A DNA stretch of 32,000 nt from Desulfobulbus propionicus DSM 2032. Its GTDB lineage: Bacteria; Desulfobacterota; Desulfobulbia; Desulfobulbales; Desulfobulbaceae. Below are positions 16,572 to 24,346 of this stretch, one piece after another (position 1 is the first letter of the stretch; every line of letters begins with the position of its first letter). Both the position numbers and the translations under genes were made by a program. The DNA lies in the NCBI RefSeq assembly GCF_000186885.1, contig NC_014972.1:3750001-3782000 (forward strand). Direction: 5' to 3'. The notes under the pieces are model-generated. The model was not told where the DNA came from. It saw only the letters and a list, made by a program, of their open reading frames with translations, and searched no databases.

Positions 16572-17363
16572 TCAGCTCACCATGCCCCGACTGTGGTCGA
16601 TCATCTCCAGGTAGCGCTGGCGCCGGCTGTGCGGCAGGCCCAGGATCTCGGCCTCGCTCCAGTGGTAGTGGAGCGCGATCCGGTGCACCTGCGCGAGGAG
16701 GTTATCGCTCTGCCGGCGCACCACCCGGTAGGGATCAAGATCAACGGCCGTATTGGCGCCGCATTCCGGACAACAGGCCTGTACCTGAACCACCACCGCC
16801 GGGGCCACCCGTTCCAGAGCAGCCTCCACCGAATCGACGAGGGAACCGTCCACTTCATCCAGTGGCGCGGGATCGCACGCCAACCGCTGCAGCAGCCAGC
16901 CGCGTGCCCGATCATCGGGGATGCGAGTCAGTCCCTCCTGGTCACGGCCGGTGGGCAGGCGGAAGCGCAGGGTGCGTCCCTGGTGTTCAACCGTGGCCCA
17001 GGGGTAGCCCGCGCCCGCCTCCTGCACCGGCAACTCAGCGTAGTCGAGATGAAAATCAAACCGGGCTGCACAGGCGGTGCAGTCGGCGTGGAACCAGCCG
17101 CCGGAAAAGCCGAGATACCGTTCCAGCTCGCGCATGAGGAACTGGCGGTCGGCAACGCACAGGGATGCGGCCCGCTCCTCGCTCATTGGCTGTCCGCCCA
17201 ACTCCCTCAGGGCCAGGGCCAGGATCCGGGTGACCGCCTCGGGGGTGCTGGCCGCCAGGGCCGCGGTCTCGGTCAAGGCAAGCTCAAGGCTGCCCGACAC
17301 CGGCTGGAACCGGTACTGCCGCTGCCGCTTTCCCCCTTCGATCAAGCCGCCCGGAAGCTGCAT
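16572..17363 (-). CDS. Hypothetical Cys4 (zinc-ribbon-like) protein in the tail-assembly-chaperone position
   Basis: 263 aa. The two CxxC pairs are HADCTACAARF (C95, C98) and QACCPECGAN (C198, C201). Two similar segments occur: QYRFQPVSGSLELALTE and TLRFRLPTGRDQEGLTRI. It sits between the tube gene and the tape-measure-position gene. Confidence 0.6.
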   Translation of the reverse strand: MQLPGGLIEGGKRQRQYRFQPVSGSLELALTETAALAASTPEAVTRILALALRELGGQPMSEERAASLCVADRQFLMRELERYLGFSGGWFHADCTACAARFDFHLDYAELPVQEAGAGYPWATVEHQGRTLRFRLPTGRDQEGLTRIPDDRARGWLLQRLACDPAPLDEVDGSLVDSVEAALERVAPAVVVQVQACCPECGANTAVDLDPYRVVRRQSDNLLAQVHRIALHYHWSEAEILGLPHSRRQRYLEMIDHSRGMVS

Positions 17364-17375
17364 GGAAACCTCCTC

Positions 17376-17885
17376 TTAGGTCTCGGTCGGCTCGACCACC
17401 GCCGTATCGCGCTGCCAGCCCTCGTGCTGCAGGGTGATGGTCTGGATGCCGACCGCGTTCATGGCCCCCGCATCCATCTCCGGCAGGGCCTGATACTCGG
17501 ACACCCAGGCCCGGAACAGTTTGTAGGAGATGGCCACTGTGCCTTGGAGGTTGAGGACGTTGATGACGATGTCCTTGCGGAAATTCTTGAGCGACATGGC
17601 CGCGTCACCCTCGATGTTGTTGACCAGGTTGGCCCAGTTCTCGAACACCGGGTCGTGCGACAAGCCCTGCTCCAGGGTAATGGGCTCGTAGCTGGTGCCG
17701 CCGGGGAGAATGCGTTCCTTGCTCGGGTCGCCGGCGGCGCGCCATTTGACCGCCTCGGTCTTGCGCTTGAGGGCGCCCATTTTCTTCAAGCCGGCCACCG
17801 GCTTGCCGTCGATCAGGATCTGGAACTTGAAGGTCCGGTAGGGATCGTAACGATGGGCGTTGACAGGAAAGGTGGGAGCAGCCAT
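17376..17885 (-). CDS. Contractile tail tube protein (T4 gp19-like / TIGR02241-type)
   Basis: 169 aa. YRTFKFQILIDGKPVAGLKKMGALKRKTEAVKWRAAGDP matches the tube signature (f.F.v.idG......f.evsGL....e....reGg). It starts 15 nt downstream of the sheath gene. Confidence 0.9.
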   Translation of the reverse strand: MAAPTFPVNAHRYDPYRTFKFQILIDGKPVAGLKKMGALKRKTEAVKWRAAGDPSKERILPGGTSYEPITLEQGLSHDPVFENWANLVNNIEGDAAMSLKNFRKDIVINVLNLQGTVAISYKLFRAWVSEYQALPEMDAGAMNAVGIQTITLQHEGWQRDTAVVEPTET

Positions 17886-17900
17886 TTCTATGCCTCCTTA

Positions 17901-19790
17901 TTAGGACTGACCGACTTTTTGCTGGATGCGCACAATGACGAACTCGGCCGGTTTGAGCGGCGCGAAGCCCACCACGGCGATGACCTGGCCGCGATCGATG
18001 TCGTCCTGGGTCATGGTGTCGCCGAGGCCGCAGCGGACAAAGTAGGCGTCCGAGGCCTTCTGGCCCTGAAAGGCGCCGGCGCGGAACATACCGTCCATGA
18101 AGGCGCCGATGTTGGCCCGGAGCGAGGACCACAGCCGGTGGTCGTTGGGCTCGAACACCGCCCACTGGATGCCATTATAAATGCTGCTCTCGATATACAG
18201 GGCGGTGCGGCGCACCGGCACGTAGCGCCACTCGGGATTGGCCCGGGTGGACAGGGTGCGGGTGCCCCAGACCACATGGCCGTAGCCGGGCATTTTGCGG
18301 AGGCAGTTGACTCCCTCGGGATTGAGCTGATCCTGATCGCCGTCCTCGACCACGTACTCCAGGGCGGCCACGCCGCGCACCGAGGCCTCGACCCCGGCCG
18401 GGGCCTTCCATACGCCCCGGATGCCGTCAGTCCGCGCCCAGATGCCGGCAGCAAAGGACGAGGGTGCCACGCTGAGGGTGGTCGGGGCTGTGGGGTTGGT
18501 GTCACGGTTGTAGAAGGGATTGGACACCTTGATCCACGGATAGTAGAGCACGCTGTAGGTGGAGGTCGGCAGGCTGAGCGCGTTGACCGTGGCCCCCTGA
18601 TCGAGTTCGTGACCCGGAGGCGGATCGATGAGCAGCATGCGGCTGCCCATGCTTTCGCAATGGCTGAGCGCGGCGTTGACCACCGGATTGCCGGTGCCGT
18701 CCTTGGGCATGTACTGGCCGGGCAGAAGCACGATGTTGACGTCGCGGACCTTTTTCAGTTTGGCGAAGAAATCGGTGTAGTCATCGAGGCCGGGCTTGGC
18801 GCCATCGTCGCCGCCGGTCAGGGCCTGGAAGGTGGGGGTAGCCACCGTGCCCATGCTCGCCGGCACCACATCCTCGGTGCCGTGCTTCTCGGTGCCGCCC
18901 GCCGCCTTGCCGAGCTTGAGCGCGGTGGCCAGGGCGCCCGGCCGCACCATCACCGCCGAGGAGGCGGACTTTTTGCCCGAGGTCAGGGTCAGCACATTGG
19001 TGGCAAAGGCGCAGGTAAAGCCGACATAGTTGGGTCCCAGGGCCAGGACCTGTTGCTGGATCTCGGCCGCCACCTCGGTGCCGTCGTAGGTGCCGCCGGG
19101 AGCCGGGCCCAGGGTGATGGTCTTGGCGCCCAGATTGTCGATGTTGAGGGTCAGGGTCATACCCTCGACGATGCCGGCCCAGGCCAGGCCGGTCAGGTCG
19201 CCGGAAACGCTGGTCGCCTTCTTGTACAGGCTACTCAGACCGGCGGGCAGGGCGACGGTGATGTATTTCGAGTTGCCGCCCACCATGGCCAGCACGTAGG
19301 CCGGATCGGAATCGTCCATGGACAGGCCGGTGAATGCCTCCACCACCTCGCCGTCCTGGCGCACCAGCAGGTTGAAGTGGTAGCCGTCGGCATCGGCCAG
19401 GGCATTGACGCTGAGGCGGTCGCCCGCCTTGCCGCTGCTCTTGGCGCTGATCACCAAGACGTTGTCCGAGGCGGCTGCCCCCCGGCCGACCATGGTGTCC
19501 GCGGGCAGGGTGGAGGCTTTGGCGTCCTTGGCCAGCCGTCCGATGTAGGCATCCCGGCCACCGTTGAGGAAGAAGTAGAAGGCGGCAAGGCCCAGGTGAT
19601 CGGTGTCCGACTGGATTTCGCCGAAGCCGGCCTTGTACTCGTCCCAGCTGTGCACCAGGGTCGGTTCGCCGATGGGGCCCGCCGTGGCATAGCCGATCAG
19701 GGCGGCCACGCTGGTGGACACGCCTTCAATGGGTTTGGCGCCGCTGGGGATCTCTTCGATATAGACGCCGGGATGAAGATAGGTGGCCAT
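17901..19790 (-). CDS. Contractile tail sheath protein
   Basis: 629 aa. The N-terminus MATYLHPGVYIEEIPSGAKPIEGVSTSVAALIG is the classic sheath start (Y..PGVY.EE.......i.gv.Ts.a..vG). The C-terminal PLKPAEFVIVRIQQ is also typical. The RBS GAGAGGA lies 7 nt upstream of the ATG. Confidence 0.92.
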   Translation of the reverse strand: MATYLHPGVYIEEIPSGAKPIEGVSTSVAALIGYATAGPIGEPTLVHSWDEYKAGFGEIQSDTDHLGLAAFYFFLNGGRDAYIGRLAKDAKASTLPADTMVGRGAAASDNVLVISAKSSGKAGDRLSVNALADADGYHFNLLVRQDGEVVEAFTGLSMDDSDPAYVLAMVGGNSKYITVALPAGLSSLYKKATSVSGDLTGLAWAGIVEGMTLTLNIDNLGAKTITLGPAPGGTYDGTEVAAEIQQQVLALGPNYVGFTCAFATNVLTLTSGKKSASSAVMVRPGALATALKLGKAAGGTEKHGTEDVVPASMGTVATPTFQALTGGDDGAKPGLDDYTDFFAKLKKVRDVNIVLLPGQYMPKDGTGNPVVNAALSHCESMGSRMLLIDPPPGHELDQGATVNALSLPTSTYSVLYYPWIKVSNPFYNRDTNPTAPTTLSVAPSSFAAGIWARTDGIRGVWKAPAGVEASVRGVAALEYVVEDGDQDQLNPEGVNCLRKMPGYGHVVWGTRTLSTRANPEWRYVPVRRTALYIESSIYNGIQWAVFEPNDHRLWSSLRANIGAFMDGMFRAGAFQGQKASDAYFVRCGLGDTMTQDDIDRGQVIAVVGFAPLKPAEFVIVRIQQKVGQS

Positions 19791-19959
19791 AGGTCTGTCC
19801 TCTCGGTGAAAAAAATGTTTTTAGGCCCGCGGGCTGCCAGGAGACCGCCCTTTGCTTTCCGCCCGCCACGGCCCGCACATCAACCCCTGATGGAACACTG
19901 ACGATCACATTCCGTGCACCCACCCACGGAGCAACTCGGCGGTTCCCCGAGGGAGTGGC

Positions 19960-20060
19960 ATCAATAATTACTTGAATCCATTCAAAGAACCAGATTTTTA
20001 AATAGTTAAAAAACGAATAGGAAATAGATAGAAAATCTATTCACAAAAACGAACAGCATG
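19960..20060 (-). promoter_or_regulatory. AT-rich putative promoter/operator region of the CIS operon
   Basis: This is the only AT-rich stretch between the upstream gene stop (20168) and the sheath ATG (19790). It contains perfect palindromes TTGAAT-CC-ATTCAA (19972-19985) and AATAGAT-AGAAA-ATCTATT (20023-20041) and three AATAG copies (20001-20027). I could not place a convincing -35/-10 pair. Confidence 0.4.
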
Positions 20061-20167
20061 GAGAGAGGGCTAGTAAGCCGCTGAATTACTGTCGGTCCAG
20101 CGGAGCGGTCGGAACAGGGAAAGCGAAGAGTACCAACATCCCACAAGGGGGAGGGGCGGCGGCCGTT

Positions 20168-20836
20168 TTACCGCAGCGAGAGGAGGCGGGCGAGCAGTTC
20201 GCTGTCGCCCAGATCATTGTTTTCGATGAGCGTTGCCTGGAGATAGGTGGTCCCGAGCCAAAGTAAAAACCGCTCGATCCGTTCCGAACGGAGCGGATCG
20301 ATCCCCATGTAGCGATCGAAATAATCCAGGGTGCCGCGACGACGGCGGCCTGCCAAGCGCGCGGCCCTGGTGGCATGGTCAATGTCGAGGACCACGGTGC
20401 GGGCGCCGGTGGCTGGAACAATCCTGCGGAGCGACCGGTCAACCAGGAGCGGCAGTCGGATATCCTCGACCCGCTCGAAGCGATGGCCAAGGGCAAAGGC
20501 CAGCAGGCGAAGGGCAGTGTGGCTGACGACCATGACCGTTCCGCTCGCGGGTGGCTGGAAACGGCGAATATCCCACCAGATAAGCAGGGCGCAAACATAC
20601 GGCAGTACCGGGAGATGCAGAGGCAGGATGGCCAGGAAGAGCCGTTCCATCCCAAGCCGCAGGCGGCTTTTGTGCTCCGAGCTGCGCCGGCGGTCGGGCC
20701 GGGCGCTGAAGGCCCCCCGGCGCCGCTCCAGCCGGATGCCATCCTTATGGGCGGCATCGGCCAGCACATTGGCGCAGTGATCCTTGCCGGCCAGGTCGGT
20801 TCCCACAATCAGCAGGGTGGGCGGTAACGAATTCAA
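20168..20836 (-). CDS. Hypothetical protein with degenerate N-terminal P-loop (kinase-like) and a hydrophobic segment
   Basis: The track ORF (to 20995) overlaps ychJ, so it is trimmed to an in-frame TTG at 20836 preceded by AAGGA 7 nt upstream; GTG at 20806 is the alternative start. LLIVGTDLAGKDH resembles G.DG.GK(S/T) but has Asp after the Lys. LFLAILPLHLPVLPYVCALLIWW is hydrophobic. VVLDIDHATRAARLAGR is kinase-lid-like. Confidence 0.5.
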   Translation of the reverse strand: MNSLPPTLLIVGTDLAGKDHCANVLADAAHKDGIRLERRRGAFSARPDRRRSSEHKSRLRLGMERLFLAILPLHLPVLPYVCALLIWWDIRRFQPPASGTVMVVSHTALRLLAFALGHRFERVEDIRLPLLVDRSLRRIVPATGARTVVLDIDHATRAARLAGRRRRGTLDYFDRYMGIDPLRSERIERFLLWLGTTYLQATLIENNDLGDSELLARLLSLR

Positions 20837-20871
20837 GGTGTTATCCTTCGAAACATAAAAAAACCGACGGT

Positions 20872-21351
20872 TCAGGGGCCGCAGCAGCGCTTGAACTTCT
20901 TGCCGCTGCCACAGGGACAGGGGCTGTTGCGGCCCACCTTGTCGGCGCGGCGGTCGGGCCCATCCTCGACCAGTTGGCCCGCCACATAGAACCACTGTCC
21001 CTCTTCACATACAAATCGGCTGATTTCATGAAGATGGATCAAGCCATCACCGGTACGGGCGGTGGCGCGGAATTCAACCACCCCTTCGCCATCTTTCTCT
21101 CCCCCCCTGTCGGTGCGCAGGATCACCAGGTCGCACCAGGCGGGAATGGTGGTTGAATCAATGGTCGACGGGCGGGTGGAAGGGTGCCAGGTGGCCAGCA
21201 GGTAGCCGACCGCGGCTCGAACATAGGCGGTGTAGCGCGAGCGCATCAAGGCCAGGGCGGTATTCGCCCTGCTTCGCCCGGAAAGAAGAGGCTCGCAGCA
21301 GTCGGCATAGACGACACCGGAACCGCAAGGACAAGAGGTGAAAGGATGCAT
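20872..21351 (-). CDS. ychJ: YchJ-family protein (UPF0225, SEC-C motif at both ends)
   Basis: Start trimmed to [12 protein letters not shown]. The sequence [19 protein letters not shown]...[13 protein letters not shown]...[17 protein letters not shown]...[20 protein letters not shown] is collinear with E. coli YchJ as I recall it. Confidence 0.85.
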   Translation of the reverse strand: MHPFTSCPCGSGVVYADCCEPLLSGRSRANTALALMRSRYTAYVRAAVGYLLATWHPSTRPSTIDSTTIPAWCDLVILRTDRGGEKDGEGVVEFRATARTGDGLIHLHEISRFVCEEGQWFYVAGQLVEDGPDRRADKVGRNSPCPCGSGKKFKRCCGP

Positions 21352-21565
21352 GGTTTTCGAATCAGGCAAGGTAGGGGGCAAAGGTTCTCTCTATTTCTAC
21401 CGGATCCTCGGGGAGTGCGCACCTTCCCAGGGCTCAAAAAATGCATTTTCTTGAAATCTAACCCATGAGGAGAGTTTGCGCACAAAATCTCTCCGGAAGA
21501 CAAGCGCGTCTTGAATAGTGTCTCCGATCAGTTGCGGTGGCTCTCAACTGGTGCCCCGATGTTTA

Positions 21566-21600
21566 TACAAAAAATCCCCTTGGCGTTGGCAGCCAAGGGG
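21566..21600 (-). terminator. Rho-independent terminator after ilvC
   Basis: Minus-strand transcript: CCCCTTGGC-tgccaac-GCCAAGGGG (9-bp GC-rich stem) followed by ATTTTTTG. It starts 42 nt after the ilvC stop codon. Confidence 0.75.
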
Positions 21601-21641
21601 ATAAGGATCGGCCTGCAAACCGATATGTTGGGAGGTATCGA

Positions 21642-23117
21642 TCAGATGATCGGTTTCATGGCGCTCATGTGGGAACGCAGTTCCTCGCCCACCTGCTCGA
21701 CCACGGTGTAGCGGATGGCGGCGTTGATGCCGATCAGCTCGATGTTGTCCACCGAGTTGTCCTTGACTGCGAGTCCCTTGCCGATTACGTCGGTATCGAC
21801 GTTCTTCATGAAATCGGCCAGCAACGGCACCGCCTGGTGGGCGAACAGGTAGCAGCCGTATTCGGCGGTATCGGAGATGACCACATTCATCTCGTAGAGC
21901 TTCTTGCGGGCGATGGTATTGGCGATCAACGGCACCTCGTGCAGACTTTCGTAGTAGGCGGACTCCTCCTTGATGCCGGCGGAAACCATGGTGTCGAAGG
22001 CCAGTTCCACGCCCGCCTTGACCATGGCGATCATCAGGATGCCGTGGTCGAAATACTCCTGCTCGCTGATCTCGGCATCGGTGGACACCGCTTTCTCAAA
22101 GGCGGTCTCGGCGGTCTGGGCGCGCCAGGTGAGCAGCTTCTTGTCGTCGTTTGCCCAGTCCTCCATCATGGTACGGGAGAACTCGCCGCTCATGATGTCG
22201 TCCATGTGCTTCTCGAACAGCGGCGTGAGGATCTCCTTGATTTCCTCGGAGAGATAGTACGCGCGAATCTTGGCCGGATTGGACAGCCGATCCATCATGT
22301 TGGTGATGCCGCCGTGTTTGAGCGCCTCGGTGACGGTTTCCCATCCGTACTGGATCAGCTTAGAGGCGTAGCCGGCATCAATGCCGCCTGCGACCATCTT
22401 GTCGAAGCAGAGCAGGCTTCCGGCCTGAAGCATGCCGCAGAGGATGGTCTGCTCGCCCATGAGGTCGGATTTGACCTCGGCGACAAAGGACGACTGCAGC
22501 ACTCCGGCCCGGTGGGCGCCGGTGCCGCAGGCATAGGCCTTGGCAATGTCCCAGCCCTCGCCCTTGGGATCGTTCTCGCGATGGACGGCGATCAGGGTGG
22601 GCACGCCAAACCCGCGCTTGTACTCTTCGCGCACCTCGGTTCCGGGCGATTTGGGGGCGACCATGATCACGGTCAGGTCCTTGCGGATCTGCATGCCCTC
22701 CTCAACGATGTTGAAGCCGTGGGAGTATGAGAGACAGGCACCCTCCTTCATCAGCGGCATGACCGCGGCCACCACCTTGGAGTGCTGCTTGTCCGGGGTG
22801 AGGTTGATCACCAGATCGGCGGTGGGAATGAGCTGCTGGTAATTGCCGACGGTAAAACCATTGCTGGTGGCGTTCTTCCAGCTCTGCCGTTTCTCGCTGA
22901 TGGCCGAGTCACGCAGGGCATAGCTGACGTCCAGGCCGGAGTCGCGCAGGTTGAGGCCCTGGTGCAAGCCCTGGGCGCCACAGCCGACGATGACGATCTT
23001 TTTTCCTTTGAGCTTGTCAACACCATCGGCGAATTCCGAGGCGTCCATGAAGCGGCATTTGCCCAGTTCTTCCAACTGCAGGCGCAGCGGCAGGGTATTG
23101 AAATAGTTCTGTCCCAT
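21642..23117 (-). CDS. ilvC: Ketol-acid reductoisomerase, long (class II) form
   Basis: Trimmed to [69 protein letters not shown], giving 491 aa. This is nearly collinear with E. coli IlvC ([23 protein letters not shown]...). The RBS AAGAGGA precedes the ATG at 23117. Confidence 0.95.
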   Translation of the reverse strand: MGQNYFNTLPLRLQLEELGKCRFMDASEFADGVDKLKGKKIVIVGCGAQGLHQGLNLRDSGLDVSYALRDSAISEKRQSWKNATSNGFTVGNYQQLIPTADLVINLTPDKQHSKVVAAVMPLMKEGACLSYSHGFNIVEEGMQIRKDLTVIMVAPKSPGTEVREEYKRGFGVPTLIAVHRENDPKGEGWDIAKAYACGTGAHRAGVLQSSFVAEVKSDLMGEQTILCGMLQAGSLLCFDKMVAGGIDAGYASKLIQYGWETVTEALKHGGITNMMDRLSNPAKIRAYYLSEEIKEILTPLFEKHMDDIMSGEFSRTMMEDWANDDKKLLTWRAQTAETAFEKAVSTDAEISEQEYFDHGILMIAMVKAGVELAFDTMVSAGIKEESAYYESLHEVPLIANTIARKKLYEMNVVISDTAEYGCYLFAHQAVPLLADFMKNVDTDVIGKGLAVKDNSVDNIELIGINAAIRYTVVEQVGEELRSHMSAMKPII

Positions 23118-23294
23118 GTTGTGTTCCTCTTTTGTGTGTGAAATGAAGAGTCGGTCGATGTTCCGCCCATCGCGCTCAGGGAGGCACGCTTCCTTCCTGC
23201 TCGTCGTTGCGGATGGAGGGGTTTCGGCCGTTTTTCCGGCAGACGATGGACTTTGTCCTGTTTTTATCCAGCCACAGCATACCCGATATTTTTG

Positions 23295-23341
23295 TTGCGA
23301 AAAGTGATTTATTTGCAACCGGAACTTGCATAAAATGCAAT
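23295..23341. promoter_or_regulatory. Putative IlvY operator sites / ilvY promoter in the ilvY-ilvC divergent region
   Basis: Perfect dyad TTGCA-TAAAA-TGCAA (23326-23340) contains the LysR box T-N11-A (TGCATAAAATGCA). A second, looser dyad is TTGC-N16-GCAA (23295-23318). TTGCAA-N17-TGCAAT (23313-23341) could be a sigma70-like promoter reading toward ilvY. Confidence 0.5.
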
Positions 23342-23404
23342 ATCGGCCCAGCCTGGACGCTGCACCGCCTCATACCATAGATCTCCGCTCTTTTCCGCTA
23401 GTTT

Positions 23405-24343
23405 ATGGATATCCACGCCATCAAAATCTTTAACCATCTCGCCCGGACACTCCACTTTGGCCGTACCAGCCGGGCCTGCAACCTCACCCCCTCGGCGCTG
23501 ACCCGCACCATCCAGCGCATCGAACAGGAATTGGGCACTCAGCTGTTTCTGCGGGACAACCGGCGGGTCGCCCTGACCCCGGCGGGCGAAATCGTCAGGC
23601 GCTATGCCGAGGAGGCGGAGCAACGGTGGCAGCGGTTGCTGCAGGAATTGGCCGGCGACCAGACGCTGCGCGGCGAGATCTCCCTCTACTGCTCGGTCAC
23701 CGCCGCCACGTCGATCCTGCCCCGTATTCTCCGGGCCTTTCGTGCCGCGCATCCCGGGGTGCAGATCAAGCTGCAGACCGGTGATGCCGCTGAATCCCTG
23801 GACAGGCTGCGCAGCCGCGAGGCCCAGGTGACCATCGCCGCCTTGCCCGGACAGTTGCCGCCCTCGGTGGTGTTCATCGAGCTGGCGCGGACCCCCCTGG
23901 TGTTTATCGAACCAGTGGACGGCGCGACCCGCCGGACCGACAGCGGCGGCACCGACTGGTCCCAGACGCCGGTCATCCTGGCCGAGCAGGGTTTAAGCAG
24001 GGTGCGCATCGATCGCTGGTTCAAGGAAAAGGGCATTCAGCCCAACATTTATGCCGAGGTGGCGGGCAACGAGGCCTTGCTGGCCATGGTCAGTCTGGGA
24101 TGCGGGGTGGGAGTGGTTCCCGGATTGGTACTGGAAAAGAGCCCCTTACAGGAACAGGTGCGTATTTTCGAGGTCGTGCCGGTCCTGGCCCCGTTTATCA
24201 TCGGCGCCTGCACCCTGGAACAGCAGCTGGCCAACCCGGTCATTCGGGCCTTCTGGACCACGGTCCACCAGGAGAACAAGGAAGGAGGCGGAGTGGAAAA
24301 TCGCCCGATACCGGCCCATGGGCCGGTATCGGGCGATAGCTAG
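23405..24343 (+). CDS. ilvY: LysR-family transcriptional activator of ilvC
   Basis: 312 aa, divergent from ilvC. HLARTLHFGRTSRACNLTPSALTRTIQRIEQELGTQLFLRDNRRVALTPAGE and GEISLYCSVTAATSILPRILRAFRAAHPGVQIKLQTGDAAESL parallel E. coli IlvY (HFGRSARAMHVSPSTLSRQIQRLEEDLG..., GELHIFCSVTAAYSHLPPILDRFRAEHPSVEIKLTTGDAADAM). Confidence 0.85.
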   Translation: MDIHAIKIFNHLARTLHFGRTSRACNLTPSALTRTIQRIEQELGTQLFLRDNRRVALTPAGEIVRRYAEEAEQRWQRLLQELAGDQTLRGEISLYCSVTAATSILPRILRAFRAAHPGVQIKLQTGDAAESLDRLRSREAQVTIAALPGQLPPSVVFIELARTPLVFIEPVDGATRRTDSGGTDWSQTPVILAEQGLSRVRIDRWFKEKGIQPNIYAEVAGNEALLAMVSLGCGVGVVPGLVLEKSPLQEQVRIFEVVPVLAPFIIGACTLEQQLANPVIRAFWTTVHQENKEGGGVENRPIPAHGPVSGDS

Positions 24344-24346
24344 CGG

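Larger units (their letters stand above)
1..19790 (-). other. Phage-tail-like contractile injection system (eCIS/CIS) operon, 17 genes; distal end truncated by the window
   Basis: Seventeen consecutive minus-strand ORFs. Their gaps or overlaps range from -11 to +36 nt, including 4-nt overlaps at 5445-5448, 8411-8414 and 14524-14527 and 1-nt overlaps at 9610, 10836 and 12287. Sheath, tube, cap, AAA+ ATPase, LysM, hub, spike, gp25 and gpJ/gpI baseplate motifs are recognisable (see the individual CDS entries). Confidence 0.85.

Noticed and set aside
1-19790. Interpretation of the cluster as a type VI secretion system or as an intact prophage.
   Set aside because: Against T6SS: the sheath is a single 629-aa phage-type protein rather than TssB/TssC, no TssJ/L/M/K/ClpV-like genes are present, and a DUF4255 cap, LysM protein and fibre-like gene are present. 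Against prophage: no head, portal, terminase, integrase or lysis genes are in the window and housekeeping genes flank the upstream side. The left flank is unseen, so this remains open.
16434-19901. 1155-aa plus-strand ORF, the longest in the track. Similar long plus-strand ORFs are 1498-3582, 3817-5466, 5511-7412, 8429-9670, 9634-10896, 11214-12374, 13001-14977 and 14356-15573.
   Set aside because: All lie antisense to minus-strand genes with clear sheath, tube, baseplate or ATPase motifs. Their products are Arg/Gly/Ala/Pro/His-rich with no motifs, which is typical of shadow ORFs in high-GC DNA where stop codons are rare.
21537-22730. 397-aa plus-strand ORF inside the ilvC region.
   Set aside because: It lies antisense to ilvC, whose product is nearly collinear with E. 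coli IlvC. It is a shadow ORF.
23118-23318. N-terminal extensions offered by the ORF track for ilvC (to 23318), 5-FCL (to 28050), ychJ (to 21381), the P-loop-like gene (to 20995) and yeeE-like (to 29300).
   Set aside because: The homologous N-termini begin at internal starts with RBS-like sequences. The extensions add non-homologous residues or overlap the upstream gene by tens to more than 100 nt.
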